This document shows, in pieces, positions 48,677 through 59,122 of a stretch of DNA of 64,000 nucleotides. The stretch's first letter is position 1. Each line of letters begins with the position of its first letter. A program made the translations under genes and the position numbers. The notes below the pieces were generated by a model. The model saw nothing but the letters and a program-made list of their open reading frames with translations. It was not told the DNA's origin and searched no databases. The DNA is from Rickettsiales bacterium (GTDB lineage: Bacteria > Pseudomonadota > Alphaproteobacteria > Rickettsiales > UBA1997), in contig CANEVP010000001.1 in the NCBI GenBank assembly GCA_947442475.1, forward strand, positions 2,607 through 66,606, given 5' to 3'.

Positions 48677-49168
48677 ATGAAAATCAGATCATTATTTTTA
48701 GTCACAATATTTGCACTTTTTTCAGCATCAGCTTTTGCTAAAAGCTCTAAGCCTGTAATTACGCCAGCAACCAAAGAATCAATCGAAGAAGCGCAAATTC
48801 AGCCTTCTGATTTCCAAAAATTATTCGTTGAAGCGGAGAAGAATTTTCAAACGGCCAAAGCTTGGAAAAAAATTAAATGCCAACCAAAAAGCGGCTTTCT
48901 TTGCACTAAACATGAATGTGTAAAAAGAACAACTACAGCTTCTTTAACCTTAGATAAAGCCAAAGGCACGATCACTCGTTGCGAACAAGATAATTGCGAT
49001 ACCTACAAAGCTGAATTCAAGCAAACTGGTATTTTCTTCAACATCCAAACCGAAGGTCCAATTGGCAGTTTAATCAGAGTTTTCGGCGATAGTCGCTACA
49101 AAGAAATTACTACCGTTGGCCTAGATGCTTACATCGATAACGGTAATTGCGAAGTGTTGACTGAGTAA
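48677..49168 (+). CDS. Secreted Cys-rich hypothetical protein
   Basis: Signal peptide MKIRSLFLVTIFALFSASAFA and 7 Cys in the mature part. No domain recognised. Confidence 0.55.
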   Translation: MKIRSLFLVTIFALFSASAFAKSSKPVITPATKESIEEAQIQPSDFQKLFVEAEKNFQTAKAWKKIKCQPKSGFLCTKHECVKRTTTASLTLDKAKGTITRCEQDNCDTYKAEFKQTGIFFNIQTEGPIGSLIRVFGDSRYKEITTVGLDAYIDNGNCEVLTE

Positions 49169-49194
49169 GGTCAGACTCTCTTTGTTGTTAGGCC

Positions 49195-49238
49195 AAAAAA
49201 AACCTCTCTTAAAGAATTTTAAGAGAGGTTTTTTTTCG
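49195..49238. terminator. Bidirectional terminator between the secreted-protein gene and dps
   Basis: acctctcttaaa-gaat-tttaagagaggt, flanked by A8 and T8 runs. Confidence 0.8.
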
Positions 49239-49251
49239 TTCAAAAATCTGC

Positions 49252-49689
49252 TTACAAACTCGAAACCAGCATCCAAATTGCTTTTTCATGAGCAGTAGTT
49301 CTGCCAATAAATAAATCCGCACTAGCTTCATCTCCTTCTTCTTGCGCTGCTTTGGTGCCTGATTTCAGATCAGCAACTACAATTTCATGACTGGCGATTA
49401 AATCTTTAATCATCGCATCACTTTGTAAATTTTTGTCGCCGTTTTTGATTTTACTCAATTTTTGAAAATGCTCAAAAGTGGCTTCAACTTTGGCTCCAAG
49501 TCCACGCAATCTTTCAGCGATTTCGTCAATTGAAGTCGATAATTCTTCATATTGAGTGCCGAATAATTCATGTAGAGGTTTGAAATGTGGTCCAACTACG
49601 TTCCAGTGATAGTTCTGCAGTTTCAATTGTAGCAAATAAGAGTTAGCTAAAGTTTTTTCGAGACTTGCGGCGGTTTGATGATTTTTCAT
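49252..49689 (-). CDS. dps: DNA starvation/stationary phase protection protein Dps
   Basis: LLQLKLQNYHWNVVGPHFKPLHELF...DEIAERL ferritin-like signature. Confidence 0.88.
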   Translation of the reverse strand: MKNHQTAASLEKTLANSYLLQLKLQNYHWNVVGPHFKPLHELFGTQYEELSTSIDEIAERLRGLGAKVEATFEHFQKLSKIKNGDKNLQSDAMIKDLIASHEIVVADLKSGTKAAQEEGDEASADLFIGRTTAHEKAIWMLVSSL

Positions 49690-49692
49690 AAA

Positions 49693-50229
49693 TTACTCCT
49701 GATGTTCGATTGTTAAAACTTGCGCTGCTGAGTTTATGACGGCAGCGATTTTCGCAGTCATTTGGATCTGAGATTTTGATATGCCATGTTTTAACAACTG
49801 ATTTGCGTGCGCGTCAATACACATTCCGCAACCATTGATAATTGAGACGGCGAGAGAAAGAACTTCGAAATTTATTTTTTCAATTCCGTGATCCAAGATG
49901 CCTCGCATTCTAAGCCCCGCAGGCAATTGCGAATATTCTTTGTCGGCGCTGATGTGAATAAAGCGGTAATAAATATTATTCATCGCCATTAAGGCTGAGG
50001 CGGTTTTGACGGTTTTAAGTTCAGCCTCTGACAAAATATTTTGCGCTTCATTTTGCAAAACTTTGATCAGGGTTTTTTCTTTTGTCGCGTAAGCTGAGGC
50101 TAAGGAGGCGCCGAAAATTTGTTTTTGGGTTAGGGTTTGGTTTTCTTTATTGAGTAAGGTTTGGAGGTTTATTTTTACGTCGCGGGCGTAATCAGGGATT
50201 GATTGGACGAGAGTTTCTAAGTTTTGCAT
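49693..50229 (-). CDS. ahpD: Alkyl hydroperoxide reductase AhpD
   Basis: CxxC active site NGCGMCIDAH. Lies immediately downstream of ahpC. Confidence 0.85.
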   Translation of the reverse strand: MQNLETLVQSIPDYARDVKINLQTLLNKENQTLTQKQIFGASLASAYATKEKTLIKVLQNEAQNILSEAELKTVKTASALMAMNNIYYRFIHISADKEYSQLPAGLRMRGILDHGIEKINFEVLSLAVSIINGCGMCIDAHANQLLKHGISKSQIQMTAKIAAVINSAAQVLTIEHQE

Positions 50230-50316
50230 TTTGCTCCTTTTGTTAAAATTATTTTCTGTGAATAGTCCGTCTGACCCCTCCCTTATGATTGGGCCAGACG
50301 ATCTGGAAGTGATTTG

Positions 50317-50853
50317 TTAAACCTTAATCACCTCATCTCCTTTCTTCCAATTACATGGGCAAAGCTCATCTGTTTGAAGCGCATCCAAAACCCTAAGCAC
50401 TTCACTCGGATTTCTGCCCACACTCAAATCAGTAACGTAAACAAAGCGAATCACGCCTTGTGGATCAACGATGAAAGTCGCTCTTTGCGCTACGCCTTCA
50501 TCCTTATCCAAAATTCCTAAAGCCTGCGACAAATCACGTTTGACATCGGCAAACATCGGAAAAGGCAAATTTTTCAATTCATCTTTTTGACTGCGCCAAG
50601 CTAAGTGAACAAACTCCGAATCGGTGCTGGCGCCAATTAGCTGCGCATCGCGATCTTTAAATTGTTCGTTTAATTTGCCGAATTCAGCAATTTCAGTTGG
50701 GCAAACAAAGGTGAAATCTTTGGGCCAAAAAAACATCACCAGCCATTTTCCTTTGTAGGTTTCGTTGCTGATGTCGATGAAAGCGTCGTGTACGTCATTG
50801 GTTACAACCGCTTTGCCATTGAATTGAGGAAAGGTGTCTTTGATTCCTAACAT
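50317..50853 (-). CDS. ahpC: Peroxiredoxin AhpC (AhpC/TSA family)
   Basis: FFWPKDFTFVCPTE peroxidatic Cys and a C-terminal resolving Cys (ELCPCNW). Confidence 0.9.
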   Translation of the reverse strand: MLGIKDTFPQFNGKAVVTNDVHDAFIDISNETYKGKWLVMFFWPKDFTFVCPTEIAEFGKLNEQFKDRDAQLIGASTDSEFVHLAWRSQKDELKNLPFPMFADVKRDLSQALGILDKDEGVAQRATFIVDPQGVIRFVYVTDLSVGRNPSEVLRVLDALQTDELCPCNWKKGDEVIKV

Positions 50854-50936
50854 TTTTTCTCCTGATTTAATTTTGATTTTGGCAACTCCACCAAAATCTT
50901 GGTTGCGAAATGTAGAAATGGTTCTTAATAAGAAAA

Positions 50937-50973
50937 ATCGATTAATTTGATTAAACTAATAGCTTTTAACTAT
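50937..50973. promoter_or_regulatory. Putative OxyR operator in the ahpC-oxyR divergent region
   Basis: ATCG-N7-TGAT-N7-ATAG-N7-CTAT matches the OxyR ATAG-N7-CTAT-N7-ATAG-N7-CTAT layout at 13 of 16 positions. The perfect half ATAGcttttaaCTAT lies at 50959-50973 and overlaps the oxyR start. Confidence 0.4.
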
Positions 50974-51838
50974 GAATTTGCGCGACTTAAAATATTTAGT
51001 TTCGGTGGCCAAAGAGCAGCATTTTGCGAGGGCTGCGGAGAAATCTTTTGTTAGCCAACCGACTCTCAGCATGCAGATTAAAAAGTTGGAAGACGAGCTT
51101 GGCGTGCAAATTTTTGAACGCTCACAGAAGAATTTTTTGGTGACTAAGGTGGGCAAAGAAATTGTCGCAAAGGCCGAAATTATTTTGCGCGAGGCGGAAG
51201 AATTAAGAAATATTGCCAAAAATTCCAAAGATCCATTTAGCGGTGAACTAAGGATTGGCGCCTTTCCAACCTTGGCGTCTTATTTTTTTCCAAAAGTTGT
51301 CGGTACAATCTCAAAAAAATTTCTTCAGTTAAAATTGCTGCTGGTTGAAGAAAAAACCGAAGTGCTTTTGGGCAAATTGCAAAGCGGTGAAATTGATGCG
51401 GCTTTTGTGGCGCTGCCAATTTCAAACGAGGCTTTTGAAATTCAGAAAATTTTTGAAGAGCCCTTTCTGCTGGCGTTACCTAAGAGTCACGCGCTGGCTA
51501 AATCAAAAAAAATTCACGCCAAAGATTTAAAAGGCCAAAGGCTAATGCTCTTGGAAGAAGGGCATTGCTTGCGTAATCAAGCTTTGGAAGTTTGCTCAAT
51601 GCTTGGCGCTTTTGAGCAGCATGATTTTAAGGCGAGTAGTTTGGAAACGCTGCGACAAATGGTCGCGGTAAGTGCGGGCATTACTTTAATGCCAGAAATT
51701 GCGGTGCAAAAAGACGTTAAAATTAGTTACGTAGAAATTGCCAATGCTCCTAAACGCACGATTGGCTTGGTGTGGCGTAAAAGCTCAGGGCGCGGAGAAT
51801 TGCTTAAAGAGATTGGAAAAATCAGCAAAAATGCCTGA
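50972..51838 (+). CDS. oxyR: LysR-family hydrogen peroxide sensor OxyR
   Basis: MNLRDLKYLVSVAKEQHFARAAEKSFVSQPTLSMQIKKLE HTH region. Redox Cys context is EEGHCLRNQALEVCS. Divergent from ahpC. Confidence 0.85.
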   Translation: MNLRDLKYLVSVAKEQHFARAAEKSFVSQPTLSMQIKKLEDELGVQIFERSQKNFLVTKVGKEIVAKAEIILREAEELRNIAKNSKDPFSGELRIGAFPTLASYFFPKVVGTISKKFLQLKLLLVEEKTEVLLGKLQSGEIDAAFVALPISNEAFEIQKIFEEPFLLALPKSHALAKSKKIHAKDLKGQRLMLLEEGHCLRNQALEVCSMLGAFEQHDFKASSLETLRQMVAVSAGITLMPEIAVQKDVKISYVEIANAPKRTIGLVWRKSSGRGELLKEIGKISKNA

Positions 51839-51901
51839 AATTTGAAAAGTGCACAGCTGTGCAAAATTGGCTTTTGATCAGCAAAATCAAGGGTCTAATT
51901 T

Positions 51902-52513
51902 TTAAAAAAGGCCAAAAAAGGCGTAAAAACCAAAGCCAAAAATCATTAGGCCAGAAATTAATTTTAGGCGGGCGGTCCATTTTTGCGAAATTTTGTGACG
52001 CATTTTAGAAATGGCAGCAGAGAAAATTGTCGACCAAAAAAGTGAGCCACAGAAAACTCCCAAAACTGTAACAGCGGCACTTGCGCTAGTTAAAGTGGTG
52101 CCGCCGATTGTGGCAAAAACTCCGACGAAAAAAATAATTGTTATTGGGCTGGTCAAAGAAAGGGCGCAGGAAAAGGCGGCAGTTTTTACGAAGCTGCGTC
52201 TTTTCATTTTGATTTCTTTGTTTTCCGATTTGTGAAAGTTGCGCAGTTCGGCTAAGCCAATCAGCATCAGAGCCGAGCTTCCAATTAATTTTATTTCAAA
52301 AAGATATTGGTTGGCAAAGTGCGAAACAAAAACTAGGCCGCCTGCCGCGACAAATCCGTAAAAACCCTCAGAAAGAGCCGCACCAAGACCAATGGCAAAG
52401 CCGAATTTCCAACCGCGATCCAGAGAATTTTTGATGCAGAGAGTTGCGATTGGACCAATTGGCATGGCAATTGACAGACCGATGACGAAGCTTTGAAGGA
52501 ATATAAAAAGCAT
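51902..52513 (-). CDS. LysE/RhtB family amino-acid exporter (paralog 2)
   Basis: Six-TM profile and an IAMPIGPIATLCI N-terminus. Confidence 0.75.
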   Translation of the reverse strand: MLFIFLQSFVIGLSIAMPIGPIATLCIKNSLDRGWKFGFAIGLGAALSEGFYGFVAAGGLVFVSHFANQYLFEIKLIGSSALMLIGLAELRNFHKSENKEIKMKRRSFVKTAAFSCALSLTSPITIIFFVGVFATIGGTTLTSASAAVTVLGVFCGSLFWSTIFSAAISKMRHKISQKWTARLKLISGLMIFGFGFYAFFGLF

Positions 52514-52516
52514 TAT

Positions 52517-53131
52517 TTAAGCTAAAACGCTGATGATTCCGTAAAGCCCGAAGCTGCCAATAATTGCGCCGGAAATTATTTTGACTCGCGCCATCCAAGT
52601 TTGCGAAAGCTGGTGGCGAATTGTGGCAACGGTGCCGCACATTACGAAAGCCCAAATTACTGAGCCTGAGAAAATTCCTAAAACGGTAATTCCCATTTCT
52701 TGGGAAGTGAGAACGGTGCCCGTCATTGTGGCAAAAACTCCAATGAAAAGCGCGATGGTCATTGGGCTGCCGAGAGTTAGGAATGAGGTGAAAAACACGG
52801 TGTGCCAAAAGCCGCGGGCTTTGGTTTTGATTTCGGTGGTGCTGATTTTATTGGCGGTTTTGATTTCGTAGCAAGCCAGTAAAATCAAGGCTGCGCCGCT
52901 AATAACTTTTACCTCTGAAACGTAGGTTGTGAGAAATTTTGAAATAAAAATTAATCCGCCGGTTGCGACAAAGCCGTAAAAGCCTTCAGTGATTGAGGCG
53001 CCAAAACTGGTGGCAAAGCCGATTTTAAAGCCGCGAGTGAGGCAGTTTTTAATTGCAAGGGTTGAGATGGGTCCGATTGGCATTGCAACCGATAGGCCGA
53101 TTAGAATTGATTTGAGGAAGAGGAGTAACAT
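52517..53131 (-). CDS. LysE/RhtB family amino-acid exporter (paralog 1)
   Basis: VAMPIGPISTLAI N-terminus. Roughly half the residues are identical by eye to the neighbouring paralog, so this is a tandem duplication. Confidence 0.75.
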   Translation of the reverse strand: MLLLFLKSILIGLSVAMPIGPISTLAIKNCLTRGFKIGFATSFGASITEGFYGFVATGGLIFISKFLTTYVSEVKVISGAALILLACYEIKTANKISTTEIKTKARGFWHTVFFTSFLTLGSPMTIALFIGVFATMTGTVLTSQEMGITVLGIFSGSVIWAFVMCGTVATIRHQLSQTWMARVKIISGAIIGSFGLYGIISVLA

Positions 53132-53212
53132 TTGGGGGATATGGGAATTATTTTAGAGGCTCCTTGAGCAAAGTCTGAAAAGCCTTTTCTCAAGGAGTTC
53201 TATGAAGAGTTT

Positions 53213-54127
53213 TTAAACCTTTGTTACAGATGAATTGGAATTCGCGCTGGAAACCTGATTTGCAATAATAACTGAATTAGAAATCTGCTGCAAAATGTCG
53301 CCAACCGCGCTTGGAGAGTGCGGGATCATGATTGTATTATTGTGCGAAGAAGCGCCTAAATCTTTGATCGTGTCGAAATATTGGGTCATTAAAATCAGGT
53401 TTAAAACATCTTGTTCAGTGGTGTTTGGCAACGACTCTTTGAAATCAGAAACTGACTCTTTCAAACCTTGAATGATTGCTTTTCTTTGGTCAGCCATCCC
53501 TTTGCCTTGTAGGGCTTTGCTTTGCGCTTCGGCTTCTGCTGATTTCACTTTTAAAATTCTTTCCGCTTCACCTTTTTCGCTGGCAACTACGCGCATTCTT
53601 TGGGCGGCGTTGATTTCATTCATGGCGATTTTTACTTTGGCGTCAGGATCAATGTCGGTTACCAAAGTTTTAACAATGCCGTAGCCGAAGTCTGACATTA
53701 CTTGTTCAAGCTCTTCTTTTACTGCGACTGCGATGTCATCTTTTTTCTCAAAAACATCATCAAGTTTGATTTTTGGAACTTTGGCGCGCACCACGTCAAA
53801 AACGAAAGAGGTGATTTGGCGAGATGGATCTTCAAGTTTGTAGAAGGCTTCGTAAACCTTGTTTGGATCAACGAAGAATTGCACAGAAACTAAAACGTGA
53901 AGAAACACGTTGTCTTCAGTTTTGGTTTCAACTTTAACGTCAAGCTGGTTGACTCTAAGGCTAAGGCTTCCGGCAACTTGATCAATAAGGGGGATTTTAA
54001 AATTTAAACCCGGTCCCGCAATTCTGAGAAACTTGCCGAGCCTCTGAACGATTTTAACACTTTGCTGCTCAACTGTGAAAGCGCACAAGAAGATTAGAAC
54101 TACGACTCCGAAAAATAAGTATAGCAT
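53213..54127 (-). CDS. SPFH/band 7 (stomatin/prohibitin-like) membrane protein
   Basis: N-terminal TM helix, then VKIVQRLGKFLRIAGPGLNFKIPLID... and a coiled coil with AEAEAQSKALQ. Confidence 0.85.
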   Translation of the reverse strand: MLYLFFGVVVLIFLCAFTVEQQSVKIVQRLGKFLRIAGPGLNFKIPLIDQVAGSLSLRVNQLDVKVETKTEDNVFLHVLVSVQFFVDPNKVYEAFYKLEDPSRQITSFVFDVVRAKVPKIKLDDVFEKKDDIAVAVKEELEQVMSDFGYGIVKTLVTDIDPDAKVKIAMNEINAAQRMRVVASEKGEAERILKVKSAEAEAQSKALQGKGMADQRKAIIQGLKESVSDFKESLPNTTEQDVLNLILMTQYFDTIKDLGASSHNNTIMIPHSPSAVGDILQQISNSVIIANQVSSANSNSSVTKV

Positions 54128-54154
54128 GGGGATCCTGATTTAAATTTTAAAAAA

Positions 54155-55324
54155 TTATAAGTCCAAAACTAGGCGGCGCGGGTCTTCAAGAAGCTCTTTA
54201 ACTCTCACAAGGAAAGTTACAGCTTCTTTGCCGTCGATAATTCTGTGGTCGTAAGAAAGCGCTAAATACATCATTGGGCGGATTTTCATTTCGCCGCCAA
54301 TCACCATTACGCGTTCTTGAATTTTGTGCATGCCAAGAATTGCTGATTGCGGTGGGTTGATGATTGGAGTAGACATTAATGAACCGTAAACCCCGCCATT
54401 TGAAATGGTGAAAGTGGCGCCCGCCAAGTCTGGCAAAGTTAATTTGCCGTCACGAGCTTTAACGCCAAGTTCAGAAATTCCTTTTTCAACTTGGGCAAGA
54501 TTTAGCAAGTTAGCGTCGCGTAAAACCGGAACCACTAAGCCTTGTGGAGAGCCAACCGCAACACCAATGTCGTAGAAGTTTTTGTAAACAATGTCAGTGC
54601 CGTCAATTTCGGCATTCACCGCCGGAAGTTCTTTTAGTGCAGTTACACAAGCTTTTACGAAGAAAGACATGAAGCCAAGTTTGACGCCGTGTTTTTTCTC
54701 GAAAGCGTCTTTGTATTCAGAGCGAAGCGCCATTACAGCTGTCATATCCACTTCGTTGAAAGTGGTTAGAATTGCTGCGGTGTTTTGTGATTCTTTCAAG
54801 CGCTCAGCAATTTTTTGACGAAGTTTCGACATTCTAACGCGCTCAGTTGGTTTTGCACCGGCTAATGCTGGAGCCGCTGCAACTGGAGTAGAAGAAATTG
54901 CATCAAGCACGTCACCTTTAGTTACGCGACCGTCTTTGCCAGATCCCGCAAGTTTTGAAGTGTCGACATTATTTTCAGCAGCCAATTTTTTTGGTGCTGG
55001 GGAAAGATGAAACGAGGCGTTTGCGCTTTGAGTTGGAGCTGCTGCTTGAGCATTTTGCGTAGGAGCTGAGACTTTAAGAGCCGCGCCACCTGCAGACATC
55101 ATCGCAATCAAATCGCCAACTTTAACATTGTCGCCTTCTTTAACTTTTAAATCAGAAATCACGCCGTCTGACGGGGCATTAACTTCGAGAGTTACTTTGT
55201 CGGTTTCAAGCTCAACAATTAATTCGTCGGCTTTTACTGAGTCGCCAACTTTTTTGTGAAGTTTAGCAATCGCAGCTTCTGATACTGATTCGCCAAGAGC
55301 GGGAACTTTAATTTCGATGGTCAT
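54155..55324 (-). CDS. sucB: Dihydrolipoyllysine-residue succinyltransferase (2-oxoglutarate dehydrogenase E2)
   Basis: Lipoyl domain ([13 protein letters not shown]) and catalytic C-terminus ([13 protein letters not shown]). I prefer the ATG at 55324 (MTIEIKVP). Confidence 0.95.
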   Translation of the reverse strand: MTIEIKVPALGESVSEAAIAKLHKKVGDSVKADELIVELETDKVTLEVNAPSDGVISDLKVKEGDNVKVGDLIAMMSAGGAALKVSAPTQNAQAAAPTQSANASFHLSPAPKKLAAENNVDTSKLAGSGKDGRVTKGDVLDAISSTPVAAAPALAGAKPTERVRMSKLRQKIAERLKESQNTAAILTTFNEVDMTAVMALRSEYKDAFEKKHGVKLGFMSFFVKACVTALKELPAVNAEIDGTDIVYKNFYDIGVAVGSPQGLVVPVLRDANLLNLAQVEKGISELGVKARDGKLTLPDLAGATFTISNGGVYGSLMSTPIINPPQSAILGMHKIQERVMVIGGEMKIRPMMYLALSYDHRIIDGKEAVTFLVRVKELLEDPRRLVLDL

Positions 55325-55325
55325 A

Positions 55326-56129
55326 TTAGTTTTCAAGATTGGTTGAGTTATTAACGTTTACGTTGGTCGCGTTATTACTTTCTGTAATTTTCTTTAAGAT
55401 CTTCTTCTCAGCTTTAAGAAGCTGTTTTTGTGCTATTTGAGATTTTTCACAATCAAAAATGTCTCTTTTTATAACCTCATTAATAAGAGCTTTTTTTATC
55501 TCGTCCTCAGAGATTTTTGCTTCCAGAGAAAGGCTTTTTAGTTTTTTGCGAATGCTCCAAATAACATCTTCGGATAACAAGACTGCCCCGATTGTAAATT
55601 TGTTGAGAATTTGTTTGTAAGAATGATGTTGTTCTAGCTTCGATTTTTTTAATCCTTCTTTTGCTATCAAAGATAAAAGTTCAATAGTGGTCTTATCTTT
55701 GGGTAGTAAATTTAGCAGGTTGAAATGCTCAACCTGCTCACACCCAATTGGTTTTCCAAAAGTAACTTTATAGATTTTCCAATCTAATAAGTTGGTCAAA
55801 ATCACCCACTCGATACCTTCGTTGGCAGCGTAGTCAGTGGCTTGTTTTATGTGTTGATCTTTGAGATCAGTGCCAACCGCTTTAACCTCAATTAGTAGAG
55901 ATAATTTTCCTTCTAATTTTATAGCAAGATCGCAGTAAGTTCCTCTGATGGCATATTCCGAGGTGATCTCAGTATATTTATCAAAACCAAATATGTGCTC
56001 TAAAACATCTACAACAATAGTCACGGTATCGGATTCGTTGATGTCTCTGGTCTTAGCTGATTGCAATATCGGCTGAAATCTCTTGAGAGAGGACCTGATT
56101 CTTTCTTCTACTTTGACTGAAATTGTCAT
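55326..56129 (-). CDS. HsdR-N-like PD-(D/E)xK nuclease-fold protein inserted between sucA and sucB
   Basis: YCDLAIK...[11 protein letters not shown]...[25 protein letters not shown] matches the D...E-x-K...Q..Y...TNG..W layout of type I restriction enzyme R N-terminal domains. There is a GGAG SD 7 nt upstream. The stop lies 1 nt before the sucB ATG. Confidence 0.55.
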   Translation of the reverse strand: MTISVKVEERIRSSLKRFQPILQSAKTRDINESDTVTIVVDVLEHIFGFDKYTEITSEYAIRGTYCDLAIKLEGKLSLLIEVKAVGTDLKDQHIKQATDYAANEGIEWVILTNLLDWKIYKVTFGKPIGCEQVEHFNLLNLLPKDKTTIELLSLIAKEGLKKSKLEQHHSYKQILNKFTIGAVLLSEDVIWSIRKKLKSLSLEAKISEDEIKKALINEVIKRDIFDCEKSQIAQKQLLKAEKKILKKITESNNATNVNVNNSTNLEN

Positions 56130-56166
56130 TAGTGCTCCATGTAATTAGTAGAGATATTGGTAAAAA

Positions 56167-59016
56167 TTATTTTAAAGCTTCTTCAATTAACGCCTTTTGT
56201 TCGCGAGCGTGGTACGAGCCGTATCCTGTTGCAGGTGAAGCACAAGCGATTCTTCCGGCATATTTTGGTCGTGCCGATTTGTGTTTAGTTTCGATCAAAG
56301 ACTCTTCAATCAAATCATCGACAAATTTCCACGCGCCCATGTTTTTTGGCTCTTCTTGGCACCAAACGATTTCGGCGTTTTTGTATTTTTTAAGTTCAGC
56401 TTTCAACTCTTCTTTTGGAAAAGGATAAAGTTGTTCTAAACGAATTAGCGCCAAGTCGTTGATTTTCTTGGCTTCGCGAGCTTCAAGCAATTCGTAATAA
56501 ACTTTTCCGGTGCAGAGAACAACTTTGCGAACCTTGTCGTCAGCTGCGATTTCTGCAGTTTCGGAAATCAAAGGACGGAAAGTTAAATCAGAAAAATCAC
56601 TCAAAGTTGAAACCGCCAATTTGTGACGTAGCAGCGATTTTGGTGACATTACCACCAATGGCTTGCGGTCTTTACTCAAAGTTTGACGGCGCAAAGCGTG
56701 AAAGAAATTTGCTGGAGTTGTAATGTTGCAAACGCGCAAATTTTCATCGGCGCACGCTTGCAAGCAACGCTCCAAGCGCGCCGAAGAGTGCTCTGGCCCT
56801 TGGCCTTCAAAGCCATGCGGCAGTAGCATTACGAGGTTTGATTTTCTCAACCATTTTACTTCTGATGAAGAAATAAATTGATCAAAAATAATTTGCGCGC
56901 CGTTAGCGAAATCGCCAAATTGGGCTTCCCAAATGGTCAAACCATTTGGCGCTGAAAGCGAGTAGCCGTACTCAAAGCCAAGCACGCCATATTCAGAAAG
57001 AACAGAATCATAAACTTCGAATTTTGCGGTTGGTGCAAAAAGCGAAAAAATATTGTAGCGCGCGCCAGTTGAAGCATCGTGCAGCATTGAGTGACGGTGC
57101 GAAAAAGTGCCGCGTCCCGAGTCTTGTCCGCTAAGTCTTACGTGAGTTCCTTCAGAAAGAAGTGAAGCAAAAGCCAAAGCTTCGCCACATCCCCAATCAA
57201 TATCTTTTTCTGATTCAACCGCTTGTTTTCTAGCTTCAAGCTGGCGAGTGATTTTTGGATTGGCATTAAAATCAGCTGGAATGGTAACGGTTTTGGCAAT
57301 TAATTCTTTGAGAATTTTTTTTGTCACACCAGTTTTTGCAATCGAAGTGTCACCGTTTTTGATTTTGCTCCAATCGCCCTTCAACCAATCAGCTTCTGTT
57401 GGCTTGTAATCAACGGCTTTGTCGAATTCAGTCGAAAGCATTGCGTGAAAATCAGAGAATAATTTTTGGTAATCAGGCTCAGAAATCACATTTTCGGCAA
57501 TTAATTTTTGCGAATAAATTTTTTCTAAACTCGGATGATCTTTAATTTTAGTGTACATTACTGGCTGGGTGTAAAGCGGCTCATCACCTTCATTGTGGCC
57601 GTATCTGCGATAGCAGATTAAATCAATTACCACATCTTTTTTGAAAAGCTGGCGGTAGCGCATTGCGATGTCAGAAACTTTAACCACCGCTTCAACATCA
57701 TCACCATTTACGTGAAAAATTGGCGCATCAATTGCTTTGGCTAAATCAGAAGCGTAAGTGGTGCAGCGTGAATCTGACGGGTTGGCAGTAAAGCCAATTT
57801 GGTTGTTAATAATTAAATGCATAACGCCGCTGGTATTGTAACCAGAAACGCCATTCATCATTAAACTTTCTGCAACCAAACCTTGCCCAGCAAAAGCCGC
57901 ATCACCGTGAATTAAAAGCGCCATTGCTTGTTCACCTGAAGCGTCGCCGTAAAGCGTTTGTTTGGCGCGAATTCGACCAGCAGCAACTACATTTACCGCT
58001 TCTAAATGCGAAGGGTTGAAAGCCAAAGAAAGATCAATTTTTTTGCCAGCAATCTCGCGAGTTGAGGCGTAGCCCATGTGATATTTTACGTCGCCAGATT
58101 TAGTGATGCCTTCGGGAATTCCTGGAGTTCCTCTAAACTCAGAAATCATTTGGTGGTAAGGCTTGCCCATTACGCCAGTCAAAGTGTTCAAGCGGCCGCG
58201 ATGCGCCATGCCGATGACAATTTTTTTGACACCAACTCGGGCTGCAACATCAATAATTTTTTCAACTGAATTTATTGCGGCATCTCCCCCCTCAACTGAA
58301 AATCTTTTAGCCCCAGGGAAGCGTTTGTGTAAAAATTGTTCGAAGCCTTCGGTGCGGATTACTTCTTTTAAAATTTTGAGTTTCTCGTCTTTAGAAATCT
58401 CAGAAAGCAGAGTGTTTTGTATTTCGTAAGCCAGCCATGATTTTTGCTCAGCGTCACGAATATACTCAAACTCAGAGCCAACTTTATTGGTGTAGATGTG
58501 ACTTAAATATTGTAAAACCTGAGAAATTTTGGTTTTTTTAAGCCCGAGAACTCCGTGCAGATCAACTTCTTTTTCTAGGTCAGATGCTTCAATGCTGTGA
58601 TTTTTTGGGTCAATTTCAGGAACCGCTCTAACTGCCAAAAGTCCAAGAGGATCAAGGTTTGCTGCCAAGTGACCAAATCTTTTGAAAGCCAAAATTAAGT
58701 TAGCAACGTTGATGCTTAAATCTTTTTCTGCGGCAGGAAATGGCAGCGCTTTGACATCTTTTTTAGCGACTTCTTTTTTAGCGTTAGAAGAAATGTCAAA
58801 CTCTTCGGCATTTACAATTTTAACGTTACGAGAAGCCCAGCTTGGTCCTTTATAATCGCCGGCAATTGATTTGATTTCGTCGCCATTGGCGGCAAAAAAT
58901 TCAGCCCAAGAAGCGTCAACTGAAGCGGGATCTTGTAAAAATTTTTGATAAAGTTCGTTGATAAAAACTATGTTCGCACTGAAAAAAGGCGAAGTTTGTA
59001 AGAGTTCTTTTGACAT
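56167..59016 (-). CDS. sucA: 2-oxoglutarate dehydrogenase E1 component
   Basis: 949 aa. Contains LIHGDAAFAGQG, consistent with a ThDP-binding region; otherwise length and overall sequence pattern. Confidence 0.95.
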   Translation of the reverse strand: MSKELLQTSPFFSANIVFINELYQKFLQDPASVDASWAEFFAANGDEIKSIAGDYKGPSWASRNVKIVNAEEFDISSNAKKEVAKKDVKALPFPAAEKDLSINVANLILAFKRFGHLAANLDPLGLLAVRAVPEIDPKNHSIEASDLEKEVDLHGVLGLKKTKISQVLQYLSHIYTNKVGSEFEYIRDAEQKSWLAYEIQNTLLSEISKDEKLKILKEVIRTEGFEQFLHKRFPGAKRFSVEGGDAAINSVEKIIDVAARVGVKKIVIGMAHRGRLNTLTGVMGKPYHQMISEFRGTPGIPEGITKSGDVKYHMGYASTREIAGKKIDLSLAFNPSHLEAVNVVAAGRIRAKQTLYGDASGEQAMALLIHGDAAFAGQGLVAESLMMNGVSGYNTSGVMHLIINNQIGFTANPSDSRCTTYASDLAKAIDAPIFHVNGDDVEAVVKVSDIAMRYRQLFKKDVVIDLICYRRYGHNEGDEPLYTQPVMYTKIKDHPSLEKIYSQKLIAENVISEPDYQKLFSDFHAMLSTEFDKAVDYKPTEADWLKGDWSKIKNGDTSIAKTGVTKKILKELIAKTVTIPADFNANPKITRQLEARKQAVESEKDIDWGCGEALAFASLLSEGTHVRLSGQDSGRGTFSHRHSMLHDASTGARYNIFSLFAPTAKFEVYDSVLSEYGVLGFEYGYSLSAPNGLTIWEAQFGDFANGAQIIFDQFISSSEVKWLRKSNLVMLLPHGFEGQGPEHSSARLERCLQACADENLRVCNITTPANFFHALRRQTLSKDRKPLVVMSPKSLLRHKLAVSTLSDFSDLTFRPLISETAEIAADDKVRKVVLCTGKVYYELLEAREAKKINDLALIRLEQLYPFPKEELKAELKKYKNAEIVWCQEEPKNMGAWKFVDDLIEESLIETKHKSARPKYAGRIACASPATGYGSYHAREQKALIEEALK

Positions 59017-59122
59017 GACTTATGAGATTTTTATGAGTTCAATATTAGTCGCGGGGCGGGCAGGCTAAAAGTGGGGCAAGTTAATTGCAAGCGCCTCATC
59101 TTAACACTAATTAAATTCACCA

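Noticed and set aside
52368-52808. 146-aa His/Arg/Asn-rich ORF spanning the junction of the two LysE genes
   Set aside because: It is an alternative frame of two clear six-TM LysE paralogs and its composition is not protein-like.
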